Source of the DNA: Anaerolineales bacterium
Lineage (GTDB): Bacteria > Chloroflexota > Anaerolineae > Anaerolineales > UBA11579
Length of the DNA stretch: 60,252 bases
Reading direction: 5' to 3'
Assembly (NCBI GenBank): GCA_016935415.1
Contig: JAFGRA010000332.1
Span: 1 to 60,252 of the forward strand
The position numbers were made by a program, and so were the translations under genes. How positions within the stretch are numbered: position 1 is the first letter of the stretch; the number at the start of each line of letters is the position of its first letter. Below are positions 18,162 through 27,255 of this stretch, piece after piece. The notes under the pieces are model-generated. The model searched no databases, had not been told where the DNA came from, and saw only the letters and a program-made list of their open reading frames with translations.

Positions 18162-20189
18162 TTACACCGGCTCAGCTTCGGGCGTCACTGCCACAACCCG
18201 ATGACCATTTGTATTGAGCATCAATAAACCTTCAAGCTGTGCCAACACCTGCTCGTTACTAAACTGAGTCCCGGTGATTGCAGCCGATGGACAGGCAGCC
18301 ACACAGGTTCCACAGCCCTGGCACAGCGCCGGATTGATCTCGGATACTTTGCGATCTTCATGGAAGATGATCGCATTGAACGGGCACATCGTATTGCAAA
18401 TTCGGCAGCCGGAACACAGTTCTTCGATCACGCTGGCCCGCACCGGTTCAAGTGCAATCTCGCCCTGCTGGATGCGTCCCAAGACACGGGCAGCAGCCGC
18501 AGCGCCTTGCGCCACACTGGCCGGGATATCCTTTGGTCCTTGCGCAACACCAGCGATGAAGATACCTTCAGTCATTGTAGCCACCGGGTCAAGTTTGGGG
18601 TGCTTCTCAATGAACCAGCCCTGATGACTGCACGAAATCCCAAACTTATGAGCAACCTCCGCCGAGTCATGGCGTGGCTCCAACCCCGCTGCCAGCAATA
18701 CCATATCCACCGGGATCCGCCGTTGCTTGCCGATCAAGGTATCCTCAGCCTGAACGATGAGCTTGCCCTCTTCGCCTGGCATCCTGGCAGCATCGGTAAC
18801 TTCTGCTACTTTGCCACGAATGAAGCTCACACCCTCTTCAAGTATCTTTAGATAGAATTCATCATAGTCCTTGAATGCCGTGCGCATATCGATATAGAAG
18901 TTATAGACATCCGCGCCCGTGCGCTCTTTCACCAGGTGAGCAAACTTCAAGCTGGACATACAGCAGATCACCGAACAGTAATTGTTGTAGTTCCGATCTC
19001 GGCTGCCCACGCAGTGAATAATCGCTACCGATTCCGGCTTGGTGACGCCATCGCGCATGAACACCTGGCCATTGGTTGGGCCGGCTGCATTGCACATACG
19101 CTCAAATTCCAGGCTGGTGAACACATTTGCCAAACGGCCGTAGCCATATTGTGGGATACGCTTGGCATCGAACAGATCGAAGCCGGTCGCCAGAATGATA
19201 TTGCCAACATCTACCGTAACGATCTCATCTTGCTGCTCAAAGTTGATTGCTTCGGTTGGGCAGAAGATCTGGCAAGCCTTGCACTTTCCGGTCTGGAAGT
19301 AGGTGCAGTTTTCAGTATCGATGACCGGGTATTTCGGGACAGCCTGCGGGAACGGCGTGTAAACTGCTTTCCGATAACCCAGGCCAGCTTCAAAGACGTC
19401 ATCGATCACTTTCTTTGGACACTTCTCCTCGCAAATGCCGCAGCCAGTGCAGGCATCGGTATCAACGTAGCGCGCCTTCTTGCGAATAGTTGCCGTGAAG
19501 TTGCCCACGTAGCCATCGACCTGCTCAACTTCGCTCCAGGTATACAATTCGATATTCGGATGCATCCCCACAGAAGCCATCTTCGGGGTCAGAATGCAGG
19601 CGGAGCAGTCCATGGTCGGGAAGGTCTTATCGAACTGGGCCATATGGCCGCCGATCGAAGGTTCGCGCTCTACCAAGACCACCGGGAAACCACTATCGGC
19701 GATCTCCAAGGCGGCTTGAATGCCTGCAATCCCGCCGCCCACAACCATTGTTGTCGGGTTTACGGGCACGTGCAAGGCTTCCAGCGGTTCGTGTAAAGCT
19801 ACACGCTCTACACCACCAGAAACCACCGATTTGGATTTCTCGGTAGCTGCTTCCTTATCAGTATGCACCCAGGAAACCTGCTCGCGGATGGAAACCAGTT
19901 CACACAGATAACGATTCAAGCCGCCATTTTCGCAGGCTGTACGGAAGGTTTCTTCATGCAAATGCGGCGAACAAGCCGCCACAACTACACGTGTTAATCC
20001 CAAATCCTTGATATCCTTTTGGATCAATTCCTGCCCCAGGCTGGAGCACATAAATTTGTAATCCCGGGCAACGACCACTCCCCTATCGGCCAGTTCCTCA
20101 CCCGCCCACCTGGATACATCTTCTACATCAACCACGCCAGCAATATTGCTGCCGCAGTGGCATACGTAAACACCAATTTTCTCAGTCAT
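18162..20189 (-). CDS. hdrA: heterodisulfide reductase-like subunit A (FAD, multiple 4Fe-4S)
   Basis: 675 aa with N-terminal VCHCGSNI, the FAD motif VVGGGIAGIQAA, an inserted 2x[4Fe-4S] ferredoxin domain (CTGCGICEEKCP) and a C-terminal one (CSGCRICNTMCP, CQGCGTCVAACP). Confidence 0.93.
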   Translation of the reverse strand: MTEKIGVYVCHCGSNIAGVVDVEDVSRWAGEELADRGVVVARDYKFMCSSLGQELIQKDIKDLGLTRVVVAACSPHLHEETFRTACENGGLNRYLCELVSIREQVSWVHTDKEAATEKSKSVVSGGVERVALHEPLEALHVPVNPTTMVVGGGIAGIQAALEIADSGFPVVLVEREPSIGGHMAQFDKTFPTMDCSACILTPKMASVGMHPNIELYTWSEVEQVDGYVGNFTATIRKKARYVDTDACTGCGICEEKCPKKVIDDVFEAGLGYRKAVYTPFPQAVPKYPVIDTENCTYFQTGKCKACQIFCPTEAINFEQQDEIVTVDVGNIILATGFDLFDAKRIPQYGYGRLANVFTSLEFERMCNAAGPTNGQVFMRDGVTKPESVAIIHCVGSRDRNYNNYCSVICCMSSLKFAHLVKERTGADVYNFYIDMRTAFKDYDEFYLKILEEGVSFIRGKVAEVTDAARMPGEEGKLIVQAEDTLIGKQRRIPVDMVLLAAGLEPRHDSAEVAHKFGISCSHQGWFIEKHPKLDPVATMTEGIFIAGVAQGPKDIPASVAQGAAAAARVLGRIQQGEIALEPVRASVIEELCSGCRICNTMCPFNAIIFHEDRKVSEINPALCQGCGTCVAACPSAAITGTQFSNEQVLAQLEGLLMLNTNGHRVVAVTPEAEPV

Positions 20190-20192
20190 GGT

Positions 20193-21143
20193 TTATCCCT
20201 CCCCCGGCATCGGGAGCGCTTCTTTGGCGCGTCTGGCGCGTTTAGGTTTCGCAGGAGGTTCCGTAGTGATTTTCTCCAATGCCGGTCGAGCATCAATGAA
20301 CTCGGAGCCAAAGCCCAACTCGCCTTGATCGACACCGAACGCCAATCCCATCAACTGCGTAAAATATAAGATCGGGATATGGTAATCGGTCCCAAAGTGG
20401 CGATTGACCCCATCCTGGAAGGCATCCAAGTTCAATTGGCACATCGGGCACAGTGTTACGATCACATCCGCCTCGTAGTCGCTGGCGTTTTTGAGCAGCC
20501 GCCGGATCAATTCCAGGGCTGTCGGCTCACTGATCTGGGTCATGTGGCCGCCACAGCACTGTGTCTTCAGCGGGAAATCGACAACTTCCGCGCCAAGTGT
20601 GGTCATCAAATCGTCCATATCCATTGGATATTCTGTGCTGTCGAAATCGCCGGGATAGTCCGGGCGCACGATCAAGCAACCATAATAAGGTGCAACCCGT
20701 AGGTTATACAACGGCTTGGAAACCTGCTCAGCAATCGCATCAAACCCTACATCCTGGGTAATGATGGGCAGCAAATGCCGGGTTTTTACACTACCAGGCT
20801 GATATGAAAGCCCACCGGCGGCAAGCGCTTCATTGACCTGACCGGTCAACTCTTTCGATTCGGCCATATAATGGTCAGTTTTGCTGAGATTAAGGAAGCA
20901 AGCGCTGCAGGGAGCAACCAGAGTACCATTTAACTTTTCTTGAGCGGCAAGCGCAAGATTTCGGGCAATCAATGCACTGGCCCCCATTTTGTTGATTGAC
21001 ATATACTCCGTTGCACCGCAACAGTTCCAATCATCAACTTCAGCGAATTCCAACCCCAACTTAGGCGCAACCGCCATCAAAGATTTATGATAGGAAGCCG
21101 CACTGCGCTCCATCGAGCATCCAGGGTAATATGTATATTTCAT
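20193..21143 (-). CDS. hdrB: heterodisulfide reductase-like subunit B (two CCG domains)
   Basis: Two CCG motifs (WNCCGA; TQCCGGH) in the typical HdrB spacing. Confidence 0.9.
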   Translation of the reverse strand: MKYTYYPGCSMERSAASYHKSLMAVAPKLGLEFAEVDDWNCCGATEYMSINKMGASALIARNLALAAQEKLNGTLVAPCSACFLNLSKTDHYMAESKELTGQVNEALAAGGLSYQPGSVKTRHLLPIITQDVGFDAIAEQVSKPLYNLRVAPYYGCLIVRPDYPGDFDSTEYPMDMDDLMTTLGAEVVDFPLKTQCCGGHMTQISEPTALELIRRLLKNASDYEADVIVTLCPMCQLNLDAFQDGVNRHFGTDYHIPILYFTQLMGLAFGVDQGELGFGSEFIDARPALEKITTEPPAKPKRARRAKEALPMPGEG

Positions 21144-21145
21144 CC

Positions 21146-21778
21146 CTAGCCTCCGATCTCTTCCGCTTTTGCGAGAATGGCTTTGAGTTGATCGATGCCT
21201 TTGATCTTGGTCGGCAAGATATCCATTCGCCCCTTACGCAGCATACCAAGCCCAAATCCAGTCGCCATTTTAGGCATATCCAAAGGATGATGTTTCAAGT
21301 AGAAACGCGTCCCTAGTCCCAATTCAAAACTTCGCCCGTTATTTTTCACGAAATCAATGAACATTCCAGAAAAATCACGGGCCGAAGATGCGGACGATTC
21401 TTTATAGTATCCCTCGTTTATTGCCAGGCGCTTTAGTGTGTACATAATATCGGTAATATGTACCTCTTGCGGGCAACGCGTCATACAATAATAACAAGCA
21501 ACGCAATACCAGAAGGTGTTACTGGTAAGCACTTCTTTCTTCATCCCCGCGTCAATCATGGCGAAAATTTGCCGGGGTGTGTGCTCCATGTCTGCTCCAG
21601 AAGGGCATGATCCTCCACATGTGCCGCACTGGATGCACATTTCAAGGCGAGACTCTCCTGGTGTTGCCTCAATCACCTGCTCTAGGAAACGCTTACCATC
21701 AGGAGCGCGTGACTTTTGGGCAACATCATCAGTTACCGTTTGTACAGCCAATTTGAACCTCCTTATGAATAGTCCCAA
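21146..21778 (-). CDS. hdrC: heterodisulfide reductase-like subunit C (2x[4Fe-4S])
   Basis: CIQCGTCGGSCP and CVACYYCMTRCP ferredoxin motifs. First gene of the hdrCBA-mvhDGA string. Confidence 0.88.
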   Translation of the reverse strand: MGLFIRRFKLAVQTVTDDVAQKSRAPDGKRFLEQVIEATPGESRLEMCIQCGTCGGSCPSGADMEHTPRQIFAMIDAGMKKEVLTSNTFWYCVACYYCMTRCPQEVHITDIMYTLKRLAINEGYYKESSASSARDFSGMFIDFVKNNGRSFELGLGTRFYLKHHPLDMPKMATGFGLGMLRKGRMDILPTKIKGIDQLKAILAKAEEIGG

Positions 21779-21961
21779 ACGTAAAAGTTAACAATACAAA
21801 ACTGCCCTTTTAGGCACTCATTCCTTTTAGCCTAAACTGAATAGCTTGGGTGAACGGATTGCGCATCTATTTTGTTAGCTTATTATTTATGATAACCAAT
21901 TCTTTTGAATAACCTGCTGCCGATATTATGATAATCTTCCCTAAAACAAACTATCAGGGAC

Positions 21962-21995
21962 AGGTGACATCTGTCGAAAGTGACATATGTCATGA
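21962..21995. promoter_or_regulatory. two overlapping copies of a GTGA-N6-TCA palindromic motif (candidate CRP/FNR-type operator) upstream of hdrC
   Basis: AGGTGACATCTGTCGAAA (21962-21979) and AAGTGACATATGTCATGA (21978-21995). These align with the sites at 27256 and 40337. Confidence 0.5.
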
Positions 21996-22208
21996 ATCAA
22001 AAATTGTATAGACCTTCCTAAAATCGAAATGCCCCCTATATACAGGAGTATATATCTTATTAGTGGCAAGATAAGCCATATATTCCGCTTGTACACATAT
22101 GCACATACTTGGTATTTCCCGCATGGAATGCATCGACACGATACCAATATATGGATTTATGTTTATAATATGCGCCATAGCAGTATGCCCAACGGAGGAT
22201 GACATAAC

Positions 22209-23261
22209 ATGAAAGATTTTCAACCCTATTTCTGGACAACTTTGGTGGGCAGCTTCCCCCACACTTCACCAGATAGCCTATACAAGCAAATTATCGAAGC
22301 CGCCGACATCCCCATCTGGCCACAACTCCCCAAGCGGGATTTTCGAGAAAGCATGTATGTACAGTATTCCCGCAGCTTACCGCGCGTGGTTGTCAACGCC
22401 GCCGATGAAAAAATTTACGTCGATACGGAAGGCGATCTTAGCCAAGATCTAGAAAGCTTTTACGAGAAATATCTTGCTGATGATGCAGATACATTTGGCT
22501 TTTCCCCAAAATATGCCGAAGGTTTCTTTGCCACACTTGAGACTGTAAAATCATATCCGGGCGAGTGGATCAAAGGCCAGGTAACCGGCCCAATCAGTCT
22601 GGGTTTAACCGTCACCGATCAGAACTTGCGCTCGATCCTCTACCACGAACTGCTGGCCGACATCATCGTGAAGAATGCCGCCATGAACGCTCGCTGGCAG
22701 ATCAAGCAATTGAGTGCAGTGCGACCGAACACAATCATCTTTGTCGACGAACCCTACATGGCATCCTATGGTTCCGCCTTCATCAGCCTCTCAAGGGAGC
22801 AGGTCATCACTATGCTCGATGAAGTTTTCGATGCCATTCACCAGGAAGGTGGGCTGGCAGGCGTACATTGTTGCGCCAATACCGATTGGTCCGTCTTACT
22901 GGATACTTGTGTCGATATCCTCAACCTGGACGCATACGGATACCTGGATAACCTGGCACTATACCCACAGAAATTAAAGGCATTCCTGGATCGCGGCGGT
23001 GTTTTGGCTTGGGGCATCATTCCCAGTAGTGAGCATGTTTACGAAAATACCCCTGACGATTTATCCAAAAAACTCATCAAGGGTCTGAAACTGATCTCGC
23101 AAAAAGCCCAGGCAAAAGAGACTGAGATAACCTTAGACCTGCTCAAGAACCGCAGCCTGATCACAACCAGTTGCGGACTGGGGCCGACCAACGAGGCCAT
23201 TGTTAACAGGGTATTCGAAATCCTGCCAGAGCTAAAAACAAGACTCCGAGAACAGCTATAA
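22209..23261 (+). CDS. MetE C-terminal-like (cobalamin-independent methionine synthase / UROD-fold) zinc methyltransferase family protein
   Basis: 350 aa with VGSFP near the N-terminus, VHCC (His/Cys) and SCGLG (Cys) at the positions of the MetE Zn ligands. GGAGGA RBS. Confidence 0.7.
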   Translation: MKDFQPYFWTTLVGSFPHTSPDSLYKQIIEAADIPIWPQLPKRDFRESMYVQYSRSLPRVVVNAADEKIYVDTEGDLSQDLESFYEKYLADDADTFGFSPKYAEGFFATLETVKSYPGEWIKGQVTGPISLGLTVTDQNLRSILYHELLADIIVKNAAMNARWQIKQLSAVRPNTIIFVDEPYMASYGSAFISLSREQVITMLDEVFDAIHQEGGLAGVHCCANTDWSVLLDTCVDILNLDAYGYLDNLALYPQKLKAFLDRGGVLAWGIIPSSEHVYENTPDDLSKKLIKGLKLISQKAQAKETEITLDLLKNRSLITTSCGLGPTNEAIVNRVFEILPELKTRLREQL

Positions 23262-23289
23262 AAAGAGCGGGCTTTAAAGCCCGCTCTTT
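23262..23289. terminator. bidirectional intrinsic terminator
   Basis: Perfect palindrome AAAGAGCGGGCTTTAAAGCCCGCTCTTT between convergent genes. Confidence 0.8.
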
Positions 23290-23292
23290 GCT

Positions 23293-24081
23293 TTACACCA
23301 GGATTTGTTCCATCATTGCTTTGACCGCCTGATAAATTGCTGCATCCTCCCCCATTTCCACCAGCGGACGGCCAGCAAATTCAAATTCAGGCATCTGCTC
23401 GTCCGAAGGCACAACACCTAGTAAAGGGATATCCAGTTTCTCAATGCGTTCCTTGAGCGGCGCAGGCATCTCTCCGGTCAGGCGATTTAGAATCAAGTAT
23501 GCGTTTTCAACATTGATCTCCAGCTCATTGCGCAGTCCAGCGATGCGCTCGGCAGCTACGATACCGCGTTGGGTGGGATCACTGACCACCAATAAATGGT
23601 CAACATCACGCGTTGTGCGGCGGCTGAGGTGCTCCATGCCTGCTTCGTTATCAATTATGACGTAACGGTAGCTTTTGCTGATACCGTCAATGACTTCGCG
23701 CAGATTGTGGTTGACGGCACAGTAACAGCCCGGGCCTTCCCCACGCCCCATCGCGATCAGGTCACAGCGCAGCCCTTCAGAAACTGCCGATTGCACTTCG
23801 TAATCCAGGTAATCCCGCTTGGACATTCCCCCGGCAACGGTGCCCATCGCTGCACCACCGGCTCCCAGTGATTGCTTTACTTGGTTAAGCATATCCTCAC
23901 GGATATCACCCACCGTCCATTCCAGATCCAGCCCCAGCACCATGTTTAGGTTTGCGCTGGGGTCGGCATCAATCGCCAAGATCGAACCAGACTGGCTGTT
24001 TTCCAAATATTTGATTACCATCCCGGCAATCGTGGTTTTCCCCACGCCCCCCTTACCGGCCAAAGCAATTGTCGTTGTCAT
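23293..24081 (-). CDS. cooC: CooC/AcsF-type Ni-insertion ATPase
   Basis: Deviant Walker A GKGGVGKTT and the CxC motif (GPGCYCA) typical of CooC. Confidence 0.88.
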   Translation of the reverse strand: MTTTIALAGKGGVGKTTIAGMVIKYLENSQSGSILAIDADPSANLNMVLGLDLEWTVGDIREDMLNQVKQSLGAGGAAMGTVAGGMSKRDYLDYEVQSAVSEGLRCDLIAMGRGEGPGCYCAVNHNLREVIDGISKSYRYVIIDNEAGMEHLSRRTTRDVDHLLVVSDPTQRGIVAAERIAGLRNELEINVENAYLILNRLTGEMPAPLKERIEKLDIPLLGVVPSDEQMPEFEFAGRPLVEMGEDAAIYQAVKAMMEQILV

Positions 24082-24097
24082 CTCTATTCTCCAATAC

Positions 24098-24880
24098 CTA
24101 TACAGACTTGATCGTTTCTTCTAGTTTTTCAGCAATTTGTTGTGCTGCGGTATGCAGTACCGGTACATGATCATACACCGGGATGCCCTTGCGGTCAGCT
24201 TCCTGCACACGCAGGTCAGCCGGCAGCACCCCCAACAAAGGAATATCAGGTGTATTTTCTTCTAGGAAGGCGACATCTTCATCATCCCTGGTTTTATTGC
24301 CAACCAGCGCAAGCTGATTCAGGCCAATATCTTCGGCCAGCTTCTTGATCTGCCGAGCTGTTCCCAGACTGCGCCGAGTCGGCTCAACCACAATAATCAT
24401 CGCATCCACAAAATCTACTGTCGCCCGCCCCAAATGCTCGACACCGGCGTACATATCCAGAATCAACACATCATCATCCCGAAAAAGCAAGTGCGTGAAC
24501 AACGTCTTCAGCATGGCGCTCTCCGGGCAGATGCAGCCCGAACCACCCAGATCGACCGAGCCCATTTCTAACAGACGCACACCGCGGTAATCGACACTGA
24601 AACGCTCTGGAATATCATCGACGCGCGGGTTGATCGTAAAGAAGCCACCCACCGTGCCGGGCTTAGCCCCGGTACGTTCTTCGATCAGCGCATCCATCTC
24701 CGCAATCGGAGCCAGTTTAGCTTGCAATTCATCGGGAAAGCCCAGCGCCCCGGCCAGGCACGGCGATGGATCAGCGTCAACCGCTAACACATCCCGGCCA
24801 GCATCGGCATAAACCTGTGCCAGCAATGCTGACAATGTCGTTTTTCCAACTCCACCTTTACCAGTAATCGCCAATTTCAT
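24098..24880 (-). CDS. cooC: CooC/AcsF-type Ni-insertion ATPase (second paralog)
   Basis: GKGGVGKTT Walker A and a GSGCICP CxC motif. Confidence 0.88.
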   Translation of the reverse strand: MKLAITGKGGVGKTTLSALLAQVYADAGRDVLAVDADPSPCLAGALGFPDELQAKLAPIAEMDALIEERTGAKPGTVGGFFTINPRVDDIPERFSVDYRGVRLLEMGSVDLGGSGCICPESAMLKTLFTHLLFRDDDVLILDMYAGVEHLGRATVDFVDAMIIVVEPTRRSLGTARQIKKLAEDIGLNQLALVGNKTRDDEDVAFLEENTPDIPLLGVLPADLRVQEADRKGIPVYDHVPVLHTAAQQIAEKLEETIKSV

Positions 24881-24893
24881 TTTATGACCTCAC

Positions 24894-25550
24894 TTAACCT
24901 TTTACTTTGATCAGACGCTTCGCCAGCATGCTGCCAACGATCGCACAACCATCCGCCGAGAGATGATGTCCGGCAGATTCGTCAAAAAGAACGCGATAGG
25001 AAGGCGGAAATTCATCATCCCCGAACCAGCATACGACCGCCAAGCGGAACATTGGCAACATCTGATATGAAAACGCCTTGTCACCAATATCGACCGGTTT
25101 GCCATTCAGCGCAAGCGCAGCTCGCTCGAATGCTTCCGCATCCTCCCCAAAGGTTTTCAGAATTTCCTTGCCCGTGTAACCCTGGAATGCAGTCTTGTAG
25201 AACATACCATCCGGCAGTTCTGAGAAGGCAATCCATTTTCCCGTCAACGCCATACCATCCGAGTCTTGGAAATAATAAGCGATCAGAGTTTGCTCAAACG
25301 CATTGAGCAGCTTTCCATCGGCAACATCAAGCACGTCAAAAGCAGGAAACTGGACTTCGATCTCTTTTCCCCAATAGGCCAGCCGGAACACACCGGCGTT
25401 GTCTTCCTCGTTGATCGGTTTGAATTTGCTTCCGGTACGAAACGCCAGTACATAGGGATCTTCACTGGCAAGACTGGTTCGAATCTCCTCAAAACGGCGT
25501 TCGAGGTGATTTCCGTCAGGTCGCGCGGCAACCAATTTTCTAGCACTCAT
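24894..25550 (-). CDS. conserved hypothetical protein (possibly DUF3786-type, family assignment from memory)
   Basis: ORF packed tightly between metVF and cooC. I see no recognisable catalytic motif. The start is uncertain (ATG 25550 or TTG 25586). Confidence 0.5.
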   Translation of the reverse strand: MSARKLVAARPDGNHLERRFEEIRTSLASEDPYVLAFRTGSKFKPINEEDNAGVFRLAYWGKEIEVQFPAFDVLDVADGKLLNAFEQTLIAYYFQDSDGMALTGKWIAFSELPDGMFYKTAFQGYTGKEILKTFGEDAEAFERAALALNGKPVDIGDKAFSYQMLPMFRLAVVCWFGDDEFPPSYRVLFDESAGHHLSADGCAIVGSMLAKRLIKVKG

Positions 25551-25655
25551 CCTATTTTCCGATAAATCAATGAACCTGCCGATCAAATAAGCACAACTTG
25601 CTCTCGTCCTTATTTTACTGCAGGTTCATTGAGATATAAACGCTGTTTTTGATTT

Positions 25656-27146
25656 TCAGGCTACTGTTTGTGCTTCTTCCGTTTCTACAGGAGCAACAGG
25701 AGCAACAAAATCGGGTGGCAGTAATCCAGCTTCCGTGACGATGCGCGGGGTGATCTCTTCCCAGCCAACCGCCATCAAGTGGATGCCATTCACGCCTTCC
25801 TTGCCTTTAATCGCCTCAATTAATTCGAGAGCAATCTGCACACCTTCTTCTTGTTGGTCACTGGCGTTCTCCATGCGTTTCATCAACTTATCCGGAATCG
25901 TAACACCGGGAACGTCGTTGTGCATGTACTGCGCCATTGCCAGGGTCTTCAGCGGCGTAACCCCAATCAAGATGTAGACCTTGTCCAGGACATTGCGCTT
26001 TGCCAATTCATTCAACCACACCTCCAAACCATCCGGATCATAAACCAGGTTGGTCTGGAAGAACTGTGCCCCGGCATTGATTTTCTTGTGTTCGCGCAAA
26101 GCCTGGAAACGCGGCTCACTGGCAAATGGAGAAGCTGCCGCACCCAGGAAAAGCTGCGGGGTGAACTTGATCGAACGTCCGTCGAGATATTTACCTTCAT
26201 CGCGCATTCGGCGCAAGATCCACAGCATCTGGATCGAATCGATATCCAGGATATCAGAACGGCCCATTGGTCCAGGTCCCATGCGAGCATTATCGCCAGA
26301 CAGACACAGCACGTTTCGAATACCCATCGCACTGGCACCGATCACTTCGGCTTGCAATCCAGTGCGCGTTCGGTCGCGGGCTGCAATCTGCAAAACCGGC
26401 TCGGCGTCCATATCATTAGAGATCTTGCTGCACGCCAGACTCGACATACGCGGTGTAGCCGATGGGCAATCCGTGAAGTTCACCGCGGCGACATAGGGCT
26501 TGATCATCTCAATGTTGCGCTTCAATTTGCCCGTTGCCGTACTCATCGGCGGTGCAACCTCACCGGTAACCACAAATTCACCAGCTTTCAAGCGGCGTTC
26601 CAACTCCGACATAGGTTCTTCGTACGCTGGGGGATGGTATTCAGAATCACCTTGCCACCAATCCGGCTGGCGTACCGGCCGAAAAACCGCATCCCAGGTT
26701 GCCGTGCGTTTAACTGGATCACGCGTTAGCATGCCGGAAGCAAAGTTCTTGAAACCTACCTCTTTTATCTGGACAACCACATCCCCCCAGGTTTCAGAAC
26801 CCACTTTATCCCAATCCAAAGGTGGCAGAACTTCCAGGAGTTTTTCCTCGCGCCCCATTGCGAATGATCGGTCATAGATCTTGTACCAGATGCATGGACG
26901 CGTTTCATCTACGTAGCAGTGTTCAACTGTCGAACCACCACACGGGCCGTTTCGGGCGCCTTTTGGACACTCCATTGGACAAATAAAAGCGGTTTCCTGC
27001 AGCATACAGTTGCCGCACATCCGGCAGCCAAACATCGGCCCTTTGACCATCTTCTCTACACCAATCAAAACACGTGTTCCAAGTGGTTCTTTCTTGAACG
27101 GAGAAAATGGAGGCTGCCACCTTCTTCCTGGGGTGAAAATTGGCAT
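25656..27146 (-). CDS. metF: fused MetV (Cys-rich MTHFR-associated domain) / MetF methylenetetrahydrofolate reductase
   Basis: The N-terminal ~175 aa contain CRMCGNCMLQETAFICPMECPKGARNGPCGG (MetV-type). The C-terminal ~320 aa form the MetF TIM barrel. AAGGGAG RBS. Confidence 0.88.
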   Translation of the reverse strand: MPIFTPGRRWQPPFSPFKKEPLGTRVLIGVEKMVKGPMFGCRMCGNCMLQETAFICPMECPKGARNGPCGGSTVEHCYVDETRPCIWYKIYDRSFAMGREEKLLEVLPPLDWDKVGSETWGDVVVQIKEVGFKNFASGMLTRDPVKRTATWDAVFRPVRQPDWWQGDSEYHPPAYEEPMSELERRLKAGEFVVTGEVAPPMSTATGKLKRNIEMIKPYVAAVNFTDCPSATPRMSSLACSKISNDMDAEPVLQIAARDRTRTGLQAEVIGASAMGIRNVLCLSGDNARMGPGPMGRSDILDIDSIQMLWILRRMRDEGKYLDGRSIKFTPQLFLGAAASPFASEPRFQALREHKKINAGAQFFQTNLVYDPDGLEVWLNELAKRNVLDKVYILIGVTPLKTLAMAQYMHNDVPGVTIPDKLMKRMENASDQQEEGVQIALELIEAIKGKEGVNGIHLMAVGWEEITPRIVTEAGLLPPDFVAPVAPVETEEAQTVA

Positions 27147-27255
27147 GATGTACTCCCTTTAGGATTTCTTCCACGTTATCCTAGATATTATTTTGATGTA
27201 CGTATATTAGGTTTTGCTGCTGATGCCTATTTTTATACGTTTAACCGGACTAATC

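Noticed and set aside
18162-20189. Possible selenocysteine (in-frame TGA) recoding in hdrA, mvhD or mvhA, as in some methanogen homologs.
   Set aside because: All three ORFs are uninterrupted, and the relevant positions encode Cys.
21779-22208. Small ORFs (60-90 aa) on the minus strand in the AT-rich hdrC / MetE-like spacer, and a possible cobalamin or SAM riboswitch ahead of the MetE-like gene.
   Set aside because: The ORFs have no RBS and a Cys/Tyr/Ile-rich composition typical of AT-rich noise. I could find no B12-box, S-box or THF-riboswitch consensus by eye.
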